Shown here: in pieces, positions 42,520-52,350 of the stretch
Layout of the letters: the number at the start of each line of letters is the position of its first letter
Numbering within the stretch: the stretch's first letter is position 1
Assembly (NCBI GenBank): GCA_963725865.1
Contig: CAVSAC010000010.1
Location: forward strand, 1,094,922 to 1,158,921
DNA from: Candidatus Eiseniibacteriota bacterium
GTDB taxonomy: Bacteria > Eisenbacteria > RBG-16-71-46
Direction: 5' to 3'
DNA: 64,000 nucleotides
The notes under the pieces: model-generated
What the model was told of the DNA's origin: nothing
What the model saw: only the letters and a program-made list of their open reading frames with translations
The model's database searches: none
Program-made: the position numbers and the translations under genes

Positions 42520-42788
42520 GACACACCTCCCTCCGGCCCGACGGGCGGTGGTCCGCAGCACCGGGAAGCTCACGAGTGCTTTGGGCCGACCCCGGCGGGC
42601 GGGACCCGCGCATCGTGCCGCGGGCCTGGGTCCCCGCGCGGGACCGGATCGAGGTCCGCGCTACGAATTGATGAGACACCCGCCCGCCGTGCGCGGCAAG
42701 TGCGGAGACTGGTCGCGAGCGGGCAGCGCCAGCCGTGGGCGCGCGAGCCCGGCCCGCCCGGGATCGCCGGGTCCGGTCGCGGGAACGG

Positions 42789-43844
42789 TCAGGGGTGCAG
42801 CGTGAAGCGGTGGGTGCCGGCCGGGTGCCGGAAGCGACCGCTCGCGCGCCCACCCCAGAGCCCGGTCGAGTCCGCCGTGCTGAAGGTGGCGCCCAGCGTG
42901 TAGGTGGTCGAGTCCACGACCGCGTAGTCGTAGGCGGCACCGGACACCGGGTCGCGCGCCGGCAGCGCGGCCAGCCCCGCCGCCTCCAGCTCGATGAGCT
43001 GCCGCGGGAGGTGGTGCCGGATGGCGTAGAAGCTCGCGATGCCGCCGCTCAGGCGCTCCAGGTCGCTCACCCGGATCTGGTCGAGCTGGCGCACGCGCGC
43101 CTCGCGCGGCGAGCCGATCACCGCCATCGCGACGATCAGCGTGACCGCGGTCGCGAGTGCCCCGGCGGGACCGAGCCAGCGGGTGGCGGCCGGACGGCCG
43201 AGCGCGGCCTCGTCGCGGCGCAGGCCTCCGAGGTAGTGCCCGAACACCGCGCCCGCGATCAGGAAGACCACCAGCGCGCGCAGCAGGAACGGCCGGGTGA
43301 GCTCGCCATTGAGCAGCCCGCCCACCAGCACCACGAGGTCGCCTATCAGCACCATCGCGGCCACGAACAGCGTCAGATAGGTGAGCCAACGGCGCACGCC
43401 CGAGGCGCGCTTCTCGGGCTCGCGCGCGAGTGCGCGCGCGACCACCCGGGCGACCACCAGGAACACCGGGAACGCGATCAGGATGCCGGCGGCCGCCCAG
43501 CGCAGTGTCTGGAGTCCGGCCTCGCTGAAGTCGGGGTAGCCACCGCGGTAGCGCGCGACGTCGGGGAACCAGCGCTCGATCAGGGCCCACCACGCCGCGC
43601 CCACGTCGAACGTGGAGATGTAGAGCGTCGCGAACATCACCAGGTAGAGGAACGCCTCGCCCGCCGAGGTCGAGACGCGGCGGCGCGGCACCGGCACCGG
43701 CAGGTCGCTCTCGGCCCACGACGCCAGCGCGGCGTCGATCTCCTCGGCGCGCCAGTTCGCGCGGGCCAGCTCGGAGCGGATGCGCTCGCGCGGGATGCCG
43801 CGGGTGAGCGCCTCGCGGACGAACTGCTCGAGGTCCTGGCTCAT
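42789..43844 (-). CDS. DUF5671-type membrane protein with pilin-like C-terminal domain
   Basis: FLYLVMF, RRWLTYLTLF; C-terminal D..RVSDL...FY.....LP..L...DPVSG..Y.Y. Confidence 0.65.
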   Translation of the reverse strand: MSQDLEQFVREALTRGIPRERIRSELARANWRAEEIDAALASWAESDLPVPVPRRRVSTSAGEAFLYLVMFATLYISTFDVGAAWWALIERWFPDVARYRGGYPDFSEAGLQTLRWAAAGILIAFPVFLVVARVVARALAREPEKRASGVRRWLTYLTLFVAAMVLIGDLVVLVGGLLNGELTRPFLLRALVVFLIAGAVFGHYLGGLRRDEAALGRPAATRWLGPAGALATAVTLIVAMAVIGSPREARVRQLDQIRVSDLERLSGGIASFYAIRHHLPRQLIELEAAGLAALPARDPVSGAAYDYAVVDSTTYTLGATFSTADSTGLWGGRASGRFRHPAGTHRFTLHP

Positions 43845-43903
43845 GCCTCACCTCGCTCGAAGGGCGGCCGCGCGCCCGCCCGCGACGCGGTCGCCGCCCG
43901 CAT

Positions 43904-44368
43904 CTAGTGGATCCACCCGATCGCGTGCAGCGCCCACACTCCCGCGTGGAACGCGAGGCAGGCGGTGATGCCGGCGATGACGTCGTCGGCGACGACGCCG
44001 AGGCCGCCCGGGAGCGCCTGCACCTCGCGCGCGCCGAATGGCTTCCAGACGTCGAAGATGCGGAACAGCAGGAACGAGGCGACGAACGCCACCAGCGCGT
44101 GCGGCACGAACAGCAGCGCGAGGCTCTGGCCCACCGCCTCGTCCGCGACGATCGGCTTGGCGTCGTGGCCCAGCGACTTCTCCGCCTCGCCGCATAGGTA
44201 GATCGCGATCGCCGCGCCCGCGACCAGCAGGGCGATCGTCACCGGCAGCGCCGGCGGCGGGATGAACCAGCCGATCAGCGCAACGAGGGCGCTGCCCGCG
44301 GTGGCCGGCGCGATGGGCGCGAAGCCGGCCGGACCCAGGCGGGCGAGGAACAGCACCAGCGACTTCAT
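43904..44368 (-). CDS. pgpA: Phosphatidylglycerophosphatase A
   Basis: APATAGS, HD...IVADEAVG, FRIFDVWKP, GVVADDVIAG. Confidence 0.92.
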   Translation of the reverse strand: MKSLVLFLARLGPAGFAPIAPATAGSALVALIGWFIPPPALPVTIALLVAGAAIAIYLCGEAEKSLGHDAKPIVADEAVGQSLALLFVPHALVAFVASFLLFRIFDVWKPFGAREVQALPGGLGVVADDVIAGITACLAFHAGVWALHAIGWIH

Positions 44369-45309
44369 TCGCCCGGCCTGGGGCTCGGCGGCGGCGTCAG
44401 GCGCGGCGGGGCGCCGGGCACCTGCGTGATCACCGGGCGCGGCACCGAGGTGCTCGACTGCGGCGCGCGCGCCGGCGGCATCATCGGCCACGGTGGCGCC
44501 GCCGGGCGCGGCGCGGACGGCACGGGCGCCGGGCGCGCGCCGGCCGGGGCGTACGCCGGGTGCCCCGCGGGCGGCGCCCCCGGAGACGCGACGACCGCGG
44601 CGGCGACCTGAGCGGGCTCGGCAGCGGGCTCCGGCTGCGTGATCCGAGGCGGCGTGGCTGCGGCGGGTGCCACCACCGCGGTGGACCCCGCCGAATGCGT
44701 CGTCGTGCCGGCCGGCCGCGGCGTGCCGAGCCGCGCCAGCACGGCTTTGCAGGCCGCGCGCAGCGTCTCGCTCACCCCGGCGCCCCGCACCGCGGTCGCC
44801 TCGAACTCGGGCGCTCCCTCGCGATTGAGCGCGGTGCGCAGCCGCTCGAGCGCCAACGCCCCCGGCAGGTCGCGCTTGTTGTACTGGAACACCCACGGGA
44901 TGCGCACCACCTGCGCGGGCGTCAAGCCCATCACCTTGAGGTTCTCGAAGGTGTCCGCGAGCGCGTCGAGATTAGCGCTCTCGCGCGAAGGGTGCGAGTC
45001 GGCGACGAACACGATGCCGTCCAGTCCCTGCAGCACCGCCCGGCGCGACAGCTTGTAGTAGACCTGCCCGGGCACGGTGTAGAGGTGGAAGCGGGTCGCG
45101 AAGCCGTTCACCTGCCCGAGGTCGATCGGCAGGAAGTCGAAGAACAGCGTGCGCTCGTGGTCGGTCGAGATCGAAAGCAGCCGCCCGCGGCGCTCGGGGG
45201 GCAATCGGTCATGGAGCGCGCGCAGGTTCGTCGTCTTGCCGCCGGCTCCGGGGCCGACGTACACGATCTTGAAATGGATCTCGCGAGCTCGATGATTGAT
45301 CAGCGCCAT
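44365..45309 (-). CDS. mglA: MglA-family small GTPase with Pro/Ala-rich C-terminal extension
   Basis: KIVYVGPGAGGKTTN, RTLFFDFLP, LYTVPGQVYY, QYNKRD. Confidence 0.92.
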   Translation of the reverse strand: MALINHRAREIHFKIVYVGPGAGGKTTNLRALHDRLPPERRGRLLSISTDHERTLFFDFLPIDLGQVNGFATRFHLYTVPGQVYYKLSRRAVLQGLDGIVFVADSHPSRESANLDALADTFENLKVMGLTPAQVVRIPWVFQYNKRDLPGALALERLRTALNREGAPEFEATAVRGAGVSETLRAACKAVLARLGTPRPAGTTTHSAGSTAVVAPAAATPPRITQPEPAAEPAQVAAAVVASPGAPPAGHPAYAPAGARPAPVPSAPRPAAPPWPMMPPARAPQSSTSVPRPVITQVPGAPPRLTPPPSPRPGE

Positions 45310-45345
45310 GAAGTCCCCGCGAGGGGTCGGGGGGCTACGACCTGG

Positions 45346-45846
45346 TCAATCCCCAAACAGCGCGTCCACCTCGCGCCCCGCTGCGATGGCGAACTCCGGC
45401 GCACCTTCCTCGAGCGCCGCTTCCACCGGCTCGCCGAGGCCTACCTTCTGGAACAGACCGCGGAACACCTTGTCGAGATCCACCGCGGCCCGATTGGCCC
45501 GGAAACGCACCAGGCCGAGCGTGCTGCGGCGGTCGAACACGGTGCTCATGATCACCCGGTCGGCGAGCAGGCAGGAATGCACGCTCCGCCGCTTGCCCTC
45601 GCTGACCACGGCATCGACCGCGGTGTCCCCGAGCAGGTTCGCCAGCTCGGCGTTCGCCGTGAAATCGGCGGCCACCAGGCTCGCGAAAGCGGTCGCGTCG
45701 AAGTCACCCGTGCGCCCGGCGGTCGTGATGAGCTGACCGGACCGGTCCACGAGATGGATCGAGAGCGCGTTCGTGCGCTCGAGCATCTCGTTCAGGATGG
45801 CGTCGATCGATCGAAAGTCATTTTCGAACAGAGTCCACTGAGGCAT
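45346..45846 (-). CDS. mglB: MglB roadblock/LC7-domain GAP
   Basis: LVDRSGQLI, FASLVAADF.A..ELA.LLG, FD.RSTLGLVR; directly upstream of mglA. Confidence 0.88.
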   Translation of the reverse strand: MPQWTLFENDFRSIDAILNEMLERTNALSIHLVDRSGQLITTAGRTGDFDATAFASLVAADFTANAELANLLGDTAVDAVVSEGKRRSVHSCLLADRVIMSTVFDRRSTLGLVRFRANRAAVDLDKVFRGLFQKVGLGEPVEAALEEGAPEFAIAAGREVDALFGD

Positions 45847-45997
45847 GGCACCCCCCGCCTCCGGCGGATGAGTTACCCGAAGGGAGACTCCGTGGCACGT
45901 CCTTGTTCCGCGCGGATAGGTAACACGATGGAATCCAAACGACAAGAACATTCGGATCGTGCGGCTGCCCGCTCGCGCGACCTCGGGCGCCGGTCGA

Positions 45998-46072
45998 GGT
46001 GACCGCGCTCGCCGGCGAGCGATGACCGCGAGCCCGCGCCCGCGGTGACCGCGCTCGCCGCGCGCGGTCACC
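45998..46072. repeat. Short direct repeat plus hairpin after the beta-helix gene
   Basis: ggtgaccgcgctcgccg at 45998-46014 and 46044-46060; the second copy pairs with gcgcggtcacc. Confidence 0.45.
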
Positions 46073-46089
46073 GGCCGGGCGCGACGCAC

Positions 46090-47805
46090 TCACCGCGCGA
46101 TGACGATGCGGATCGTCTCCGAGCCGCCGCCGCGCGTGAGCCGCGCGAAGTACACCCCGGATGCCAGCGCATGTCCGGCTTCGTCGTCGCCGGTCCAGAC
46201 GATCGAGCCGGCACCGACCGCGACCGCGCGCTCCCAGCGCCGCGCCCCCGCCAGGTCGAACACCTCCAGGCGCATCGGGGTCTCGTTGGGCGCAAACGCC
46301 ATCCACACTCCGCGGCGCGCCGGCAGCGGCCACGCCCGCAGCGCGCCGGACGCCGCCTCCGGGGCCACGCCACCCGGCGACGTGCAGCCCACGTCGAGTG
46401 CTCCGATCCGGCCGCAGCCGGGCGGCGCGACCAGGGGCGAGCCGCTCGCGAGCGTGACGTCGTCGTGGACCGCGTCGCAGAAGGCGGGATCCACCTCCAG
46501 GTCGGTCGCTCCGGGGGCGACCCCGGAGGTCGGCCCCGCCAGATTCCCGAACCAGTCGTCGCACGCCAGCGTCGTGCCGGCGCCTTCGGCGGCCAGCCCG
46601 TAGGCGCCGTTGGCGTAGCCGATGTTGCGCTCCACCACCGCCCCCGACGGAGCGTGGAGCACGAACCCCGAGCCGCTCGAGAAGTACGCGGTGTTGCCCA
46701 CCAAGCGCAGGTTCGGAGTGCCGGTGGCGATCGCCATCCCATCGCCGGCGCAGTGGCCCACCACGTTGGACTCCACCGTGTCGGCCTGCTCGAGCCGCAT
46801 CCCGTCGCCGCCGGTGCGGGTCACGCGATTGCCGCGCACCGCCAGCACCAGCGCCTCGAGACACAGGCCGGGTCCGCCGGTGGCGGTCACGTGGTTGCCC
46901 GCGACCTGCGGCCACACCGTGCCACTACCGTGGATGCCGCTGCCGATGACGCTGTCGATGGTGTTGTCGAGGACGCGATAGAACCCGCGCTCGAGCACCA
47001 GGCCGTCGCCACCGCAGCGGCGCACCTGGTTGCGCTCGAGGCGCGCGGACCCCTCGCCCGCCTGGCGCCATTCGACGCGGATGCCGTCGCCGGTGCAGTC
47101 GCGCACCTGGTTGCCCGCGATCCGGTCCTCGTACTTCGGGCCGTCGAGCAGCAGCCCGACCGTGCAGCCGACGATGGTGTTGCGCTCCAGCGCAGCGCCA
47201 CCGTCGTAGTCCACCACCCGCAGGCCGTACGGCGCCGGACCCTCGATGAGGTTGTCCCGCACCGTGACGGTGCCCTCGAACCAGGACACGTCGACTCCGC
47301 CCAGGACGGTGCAGGCCGTCATCTCCAGCGACCACGGCTGCACCTGCACCCCGCCGCGGATCAGGCAGCCGCGCAGCGTCAGGGGATCGGCGTGACCGGA
47401 GGTGAGGCCGGAGTCGAACGCGCAGGCCTCGAACGTGGCGGGTCCGTTCATGCCGGCGCCGACCTCGACCGGCCCGCGGCAGCGGAATCCGCGCACCGTC
47501 ACCGCGGCGCTGCTGGTGCTGGCCTCGATCCTCAGCCGTTGGATGCGCGGGAAGGGAATGACGCCGTACGGCGGCGCCTCCGCAGGCAGCAGCGCCAGGC
47601 CGTAGAAGTGGCCGAGCGCATCGCCGGTGATGATGACATCCTCGTCGTACGTGCCGTCGCGCACGTACACCGTGTCGGCGAAGGCGGCGAGCGCGGCGCC
47701 GATCGTCGGATGGTCGTCGGGGACGATGACGTGGCTGGCGAGGGCGGCTGGAGCGGACAGGAGCGCCGCGACGAACACAGCGGCGAGACGGAGCGAGGCG
47801 CTCAT
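46090..47805 (-). CDS. Secreted right-handed parallel beta-helix protein with T9SS/FlgD-Ig-like tail
   Basis: Signal peptide; VPDDHPTI.AA, DTVYV.DGTY.E; repeated xxNxVxxxxGDG; DPAFCD...L..GSP; tail FDLAG...W.G.D...SGVYFARL. Confidence 0.82.
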   Translation of the reverse strand: MSASLRLAAVFVAALLSAPAALASHVIVPDDHPTIGAALAAFADTVYVRDGTYDEDVIITGDALGHFYGLALLPAEAPPYGVIPFPRIQRLRIEASTSSAAVTVRGFRCRGPVEVGAGMNGPATFEACAFDSGLTSGHADPLTLRGCLIRGGVQVQPWSLEMTACTVLGGVDVSWFEGTVTVRDNLIEGPAPYGLRVVDYDGGAALERNTIVGCTVGLLLDGPKYEDRIAGNQVRDCTGDGIRVEWRQAGEGSARLERNQVRRCGGDGLVLERGFYRVLDNTIDSVIGSGIHGSGTVWPQVAGNHVTATGGPGLCLEALVLAVRGNRVTRTGGDGMRLEQADTVESNVVGHCAGDGMAIATGTPNLRLVGNTAYFSSGSGFVLHAPSGAVVERNIGYANGAYGLAAEGAGTTLACDDWFGNLAGPTSGVAPGATDLEVDPAFCDAVHDDVTLASGSPLVAPPGCGRIGALDVGCTSPGGVAPEAASGALRAWPLPARRGVWMAFAPNETPMRLEVFDLAGARRWERAVAVGAGSIVWTGDDEAGHALASGVYFARLTRGGGSETIRIVIAR

Positions 47806-47903
47806 GAGGAGGCCTCCTTCCCCGGGGGACCACGGACTCCGCTGGGGAACACGGGGGGAAGGCTACTCCTTTCGCACCCTCCCGCAACCGCCCCCGCCGT
47901 CGA

Positions 47904-49106
47904 TCAGCTCGACGCGGGCGGCAGTGGCCGCTTGACCGTCTGGGGCGGCGCGGGCGGCGCGCCCGGCGGCGCGGGAGCGACCGCGCCGACCGCCGCCGTG
48001 GTGGCCGCGGGCGTGCGCGGGCGCCCCATGGAATCGCCCGCCATGCGGCGTGGCGCGTCGTGCTCGTCCTCGATCTCGCCCACGATCTCCTCGAGGATGT
48101 CCTCGAGCGTCACGATCCCCAGGAATCGTCCCGCCTCGTCGCGCACCACCGCCATCGGACGCTTCACGCGCCGGAACATCTGCAGCAGCCGCGCCACCGG
48201 CAGGTCGGGGCCGACGAACAGCGCCGGATACATCGCGTCCATCAGGATCACCAGTCCCTTGAGGCTGAACAGATGGAACAGGTCCTTGGTGTTCACGATC
48301 CCGACGATGTTGTCGGGCGAGTCCTCCCACACCGGCATGCGGGTGTGGGCGGTCTCGCGCGCGGTCTCGAGCACCTCCGCCTCGGAGGCGCCGATCGAGA
48401 GCGTCACCACCTTCTCGCGCGGCACCATCGCGTCGCGCACCGTCTTGTCCGAGAGCTCGAACACGTTGCGCACGTAGGTCGCCTCGTCCGCCGTGATGAG
48501 TCCGGCCTCCTCGCTCTCCTCGACCAGCATGTCGAGCTCCTCGGCGGTGTGGACATCCTGATCGGGCTGGATCGGCGGCAGGTGGAGCATGCGCACGACG
48601 AAGCTCCCGGAATCGTTCATCAGCCGGATGAACGGGCGGAAGACGCGCCCGAACACCAGGAGCGGGCCCGAGACGATCAGCGCGACCTGCTCCGCGCGCT
48701 CGAGGGCGATGGCCTTGGGCGCCAGCTCGCCGAGCACCACGTGCAGGTAGGTGATGCCGAGGAACGCGATGCCGACCGCGATGCTGTGCACGACGACCAC
48801 GCTGAAGGGCGGCGGCAGGCCGCGAAACAGCGGCTCGATGAGGTGCGCGAGGGCGGGCTCGCCGATCCAGCCGAGGCCCAGGCTCGTGAACGTGATGCCG
48901 AGCTGGACCGCGGCGATGGTGTCGTCGAGGTGCTCGATCGCCAGCTTGACCGCCGCCGCCCCGAACACGTTCTTCTCGATCAGCTCCTCGACGCGCGTCC
49001 AGCGCACCGTCACGAGCGAGAACTCGGCCGCCACGAAATAGGCGTTGAGCAGCACGAGGATCGGAACCCCGAGGAAGCCGAGCGTATCGAGGAGGGTGGG
49101 TGGCAC
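47904..49106 (-). CDS. HlyC/CorC (CNNM + CBS) family membrane protein
   Basis: NAYFVAAEFSLV, QLGIT, GELAPK, MVPR, HTRMPV, VTLEDILEEIVGEI. Confidence 0.9.
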   Translation of the reverse strand: MPPTLLDTLGFLGVPILVLLNAYFVAAEFSLVTVRWTRVEELIEKNVFGAAAVKLAIEHLDDTIAAVQLGITFTSLGLGWIGEPALAHLIEPLFRGLPPPFSVVVVHSIAVGIAFLGITYLHVVLGELAPKAIALERAEQVALIVSGPLLVFGRVFRPFIRLMNDSGSFVVRMLHLPPIQPDQDVHTAEELDMLVEESEEAGLITADEATYVRNVFELSDKTVRDAMVPREKVVTLSIGASEAEVLETARETAHTRMPVWEDSPDNIVGIVNTKDLFHLFSLKGLVILMDAMYPALFVGPDLPVARLLQMFRRVKRPMAVVRDEAGRFLGIVTLEDILEEIVGEIEDEHDAPRRMAGDSMGRPRTPAATTAAVGAVAPAPPGAPPAPPQTVKRPLPPASS

Positions 49107-49140
49107 GGGCGGCGGTCGTCGCGCGCGGCGGGCGACGCTC

Positions 49141-49740
49141 CTACTCGATCTCGCGGCGGCCTTCGAGCGCGCGCGCGAGCGTGACGAGGTCCGAGTACTC
49201 GAGGTCCGAGCCCATCGGGACACCACGCGCGATCCGCGTGGTGCGGACGCCCAGCGGCTGGAGCAGCCGGGACAGGTAGAGCGCCGTGGCTTCGCCCGCG
49301 ACGTTGGGATTCGTGGCGAGGATGATCTCCTGCACCTCGCCGTCCTTCAGGCGCTCGAGCAGCGGGCGGATGCGCAGGTCCTCGGGATGGGTGCCGTCGA
49401 GCGGCGACAGCGCGCCGCCCAGCACGTGGTAGCGCCCGCGGAACTGGGCGGTGCGCTCGATCGCCAGCATGTCCGCGGGCTGCTCCACCACGCACAGCAG
49501 GCGCCCGTCGCGCTGCGGGTCCTGGCAGATCGCGCACGGGTCGCCCTCGGCGAAGTTCCCGCACACCGAGCACAGGCCGACCCGCTCCTTGACCGCGCGG
49601 ATCGCCTCGGCCAGCCGCAGCGCGTCCTCGCGCGAGGCGCGCAGCAGGTGGAGTGCCAGTCGCTGGGCGCTCTTCTGTCCGATCGTCGGGAGCTTGACCA
49701 GCTCCTCGATCAGCAGCTCGAGGTATTTGGAGGAGTACAC
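49141..49740 (-). CDS. recR: Recombination protein RecR
   Basis: [13 protein letters not shown]4 zinc finger, [20 protein letters not shown]. Confidence 0.96.
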   Translation of the reverse strand: MYSSKYLELLIEELVKLPTIGQKSAQRLALHLLRASREDALRLAEAIRAVKERVGLCSVCGNFAEGDPCAICQDPQRDGRLLCVVEQPADMLAIERTAQFRGRYHVLGGALSPLDGTHPEDLRIRPLLERLKDGEVQEIILATNPNVAGEATALYLSRLLQPLGVRTTRIARGVPMGSDLEYSDLVTLARALEGRREIE

Positions 49741-49759
49741 GAGCGGCTCGCGCGGGGGC

Positions 49760-50062
49760 TCAGAAGGGGACGCCGAAGCCGCCGGTGATCTTCGCGGTCG
49801 CCGCTTCCTTGAGCGCCTTGGCCTTGGTCTGAGCGCCCTTGACGGCGGTCAGGATGAGGTCCTCGAGCAGCTCGCCGTCCTTCAGCGCGTCGGGCCGGAT
49901 GCGCAGCTGCTTCAGCTCGCCGTGACCGTTCACCACCGCCTCGACCAGCCCGCCCCCCGCCGACTCGGCCGGCAACAGCTGGTTCTCGAGCGAGTCGTTC
50001 ATCTCGGTCATCAGCTTCTGCATCTTCTGCGCGGTCTTCACCATGTCGCCGAAGCTCTTCAT
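49760..50062 (-). CDS. ybaB: Nucleoid-associated protein YbaB/EbfC
   Basis: [20 protein letters not shown]; between dnaX and recR. Confidence 0.92.
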   Translation of the reverse strand: MKSFGDMVKTAQKMQKLMTEMNDSLENQLLPAESAGGGLVEAVVNGHGELKQLRIRPDALKDGELLEDLILTAVKGAQTKAKALKEAATAKITGGFGVPF

Positions 50063-52008
50063 CCGTCCGTCCTCTCCTGGGTCCGTCCCGGGCGCCGCTC
50101 GATGATGTCGCCCTGGAAGAAGTCGATGGCGCGCTCGATGAGCGGCGCCACGTCGGCGGCCTGTGCGGGGCGCCGGGGCTCGAGCCCGGCGTCCGCGAGC
50201 GGCATGCAGCGCACCTCGACCAGCCGGCCGAAGCTGCGGCGCAGTTCGTCCACCAGCATCTGGCGGTTGTCCTTCTCCTCCACCACCGCACGATGCAGGT
50301 CGTCCATCGCCACCAGCACCACATCGGCGGTGGCGCCGAGGAAGCGGCAGTCCTCGAGGAACGCCCCCAGCATCCGCTTGCGCCCGTTGACCGCGGCGAG
50401 CGCCTGCTGCCAGCAGCCGGTCGACTGCGCGTCGGCGACCGGCGCCTCGTCGCGCGGCACGGTGGCCGTCGCGGTCGATGGCTCGGCAGCCGGGGCGGCG
50501 GTGGGGGCGGCGGTCGCGAGCGGCGCGGTCGCGATGGAGGTCGGAGCCGCACCACTCGCCAGCGTTTCGGCAGCGGCCGCGCTCGCGCGCAGCGGACCGC
50601 CGGCGGCGGGCGCGCTGGTGCCGCCGCGCGGCAGGCCGCCCGGCGCGCGCACGGCGTTTGGCGCGTGCGGAGGTCCGGCCGCGAAGCGTGCGCCGCCCGC
50701 GCCCGGCGCCGGCGGCGCCGCGCGCAGCGGGCCCGCACCCGGATCGGGGGCCGCGCGCAGCGGACCGGGAGCGCTCGCCGCGCGGGCCGTGGGCGGCGTC
50801 GCGGCGGCGCCGCCGGCGGGCGCCCCGCCGAGCCGGCGCTCGAGCGCCTCGAGCCGCTCGAGCAGCACGGCGAGCGTCTCGCCGGGCTCGAGGGTGGCCA
50901 TCTGGAGCACCGCGGCCTCGAGGTGGATGAGTGGCTGCGGACTGTCGCGCATCGGGCCCGCGCACTCCGACGCGAGCCGCAGCAGGCGCAGCAGATCGCT
51001 GTCGCTCCAGCCCTCGCCCTGCGCGCGCAGGCGCACGAGGTCGTCGGGCGTCGCCGCCACCAGGTCGCCGCCGTCGGGGTCGACCTTGAGGATCAGGATG
51101 TGGCGGATGTGCTCGGCGAGCCCGTCGGCGAGATCGCGCGGATCGAGCCCCTTGTCGAACGCCTCCTGCAGCCGGTGCAGCGCGGCCCGCGGATCGCGGC
51201 GCACGATCGCCTCGGCGAGCGCGAAGAACGATTCGCGGTCGGCGATCCCGAGCACCCGGCGCACCAGCTCCTCGTCCACCGCCGGCTCGCCGCCCGAGAC
51301 CACCTGGTCGAGCGCCGACACCGCGTCGCGCATCGAGCCCTCGGACTTGTGCGCGATCAGCAGCGCCGCGCCCTCGGTGAGCGTGAACTTCACGCCCTCG
51401 GCGTCGCGCGCCTCGGCGGCCTGGATCGCGAGCACCCGGTCCGCGACCTTGCGCAGCGGCACGCGCGCGAAGTCGAAGCGCTGGGTGCGCGAGCGGATCG
51501 TGTCGGGCAGCTTCTGCGGGTCGGTGGTGGCGAAGATGAACACCAGATGCGGCGGCGGCTCCTCGAGCGTCTTGAGCAGCGCCGCGAACGCGTCGTTCGA
51601 GAGCTGGTGGACCTCGTCGATGATCACGATCCGCCAGCCGCCGCCGGTCGGCGAGAAGCGCACCTTCTCGCGCAGCTGCTGGACGTCGGCGATGCCGCGG
51701 TTCGAGGCGCCGTCGATCTCGGTGACGTCGAGCGAGACGCCGGCGGTGATCTCGGTGCACGCGTGGCAGACGTTGCACGGGTCGGCGCCCGCGAGCTGGC
51801 CGGAGCGCCGCTGCTCGCAGTTGAGCGACTTGGCGAGGATGCGCGCGCTGGTGGTCTTGCCCACGCCGCGCGCGCCGGTGAACAGGTAGGCGTGCGCGAT
51901 GCGGTGGCTCTCGACCGCGCGGGCCAGCACGGCGCTCACATGGTCCTGCCCGACCAGGTCCGCGAAGACCTGGGGCCGGTACTTCAGAGTGAGGGCGCGG
52001 TGGCTCAT
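50059..52008 (-). CDS. dnaX: DNA polymerase III subunit gamma/tau
   Basis: KYRPQ.F, GARGVGKTT, EIDGASNRG, IIDEVH, LKTLEEPP, SRTQ. Confidence 0.96.
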   Translation of the reverse strand: MSHRALTLKYRPQVFADLVGQDHVSAVLARAVESHRIAHAYLFTGARGVGKTTSARILAKSLNCEQRRSGQLAGADPCNVCHACTEITAGVSLDVTEIDGASNRGIADVQQLREKVRFSPTGGGWRIVIIDEVHQLSNDAFAALLKTLEEPPPHLVFIFATTDPQKLPDTIRSRTQRFDFARVPLRKVADRVLAIQAAEARDAEGVKFTLTEGAALLIAHKSEGSMRDAVSALDQVVSGGEPAVDEELVRRVLGIADRESFFALAEAIVRRDPRAALHRLQEAFDKGLDPRDLADGLAEHIRHILILKVDPDGGDLVAATPDDLVRLRAQGEGWSDSDLLRLLRLASECAGPMRDSPQPLIHLEAAVLQMATLEPGETLAVLLERLEALERRLGGAPAGGAAATPPTARAASAPGPLRAAPDPGAGPLRAAPPAPGAGGARFAAGPPHAPNAVRAPGGLPRGGTSAPAAGGPLRASAAAAETLASGAAPTSIATAPLATAAPTAAPAAEPSTATATVPRDEAPVADAQSTGCWQQALAAVNGRKRMLGAFLEDCRFLGATADVVLVAMDDLHRAVVEEKDNRQMLVDELRRSFGRLVEVRCMPLADAGLEPRRPAQAADVAPLIERAIDFFQGDIIERRPGRTQERTDG

Positions 52009-52033
52009 GGGCGTGCGCGGTACCGGAAGGAAA

Positions 52034-52132
52034 GGGCCAGGGTGGACAGCGGCACACCCGAGGGATCGCTTACCGCTGCTACCTTCCGGTCCTGACGGGG
52101 TTCACAAGCTCGGATTGCGCTGCGCCTGGCCC
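52034..52132 (-). ncRNA. ffs: Signal recognition particle RNA (4.5S)
   Basis: Conserved helix 8 TCAGGACCGGAAGGTAGCAGC; complementary ends; upstream of dnaX. Confidence 0.93.
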
Positions 52133-52143
52133 ACAAAAGGGAA

Positions 52144-52219
52144 TGGTGGAGATGATCGGATTCGAACCGACGACCCCCTCGTTGCGAACGAGGTGCTCTC
52201 CCAGCTGAGCTACATCCCC
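52144..52219 (-). tRNA. tRNA-Ala (CGC)
   Basis: GGGGATGTAGCTCAGCTGGGAGAGC...TTCGCAA...GGTTCGAATCC...CTCCACCA; G3:U70 identity pair. Confidence 0.96.
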
Positions 52220-52297
52220 ACCGGATCTGGACTTCGACGTCATTCGGCGCGTGCGCCCCGCGGCTCCGGGGGCGGCACCGGCCGCCGAGCGGGCGCC

Positions 52298-52325
52298 ATT
52301 CTAGCGGTTCGCGCCGCGAGGTCAA
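52298..52325 (-). promoter_or_regulatory. sigma70 promoter for tRNA-Ala-ffs-dnaX
   Basis: TTGACC-N16-TAGAAT followed by GC-rich discriminator GGCGCCC. Confidence 0.7.
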
Positions 52326-52350
52326 GCCGCGCGGGACCGCCGCTCCGACG

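Noticed and set aside
47806..47903. Riboswitch-like GAAAGGAGTAGC upstream of the beta-helix gene
   Set aside because: Too short, and lacks the remaining conserved elements of any riboswitch I can recognise.
50059..52008. Programmed frameshift producing the DnaX gamma subunit
   Set aside because: No A-run or slippery heptamer seen; only a Pro/Ala linker.
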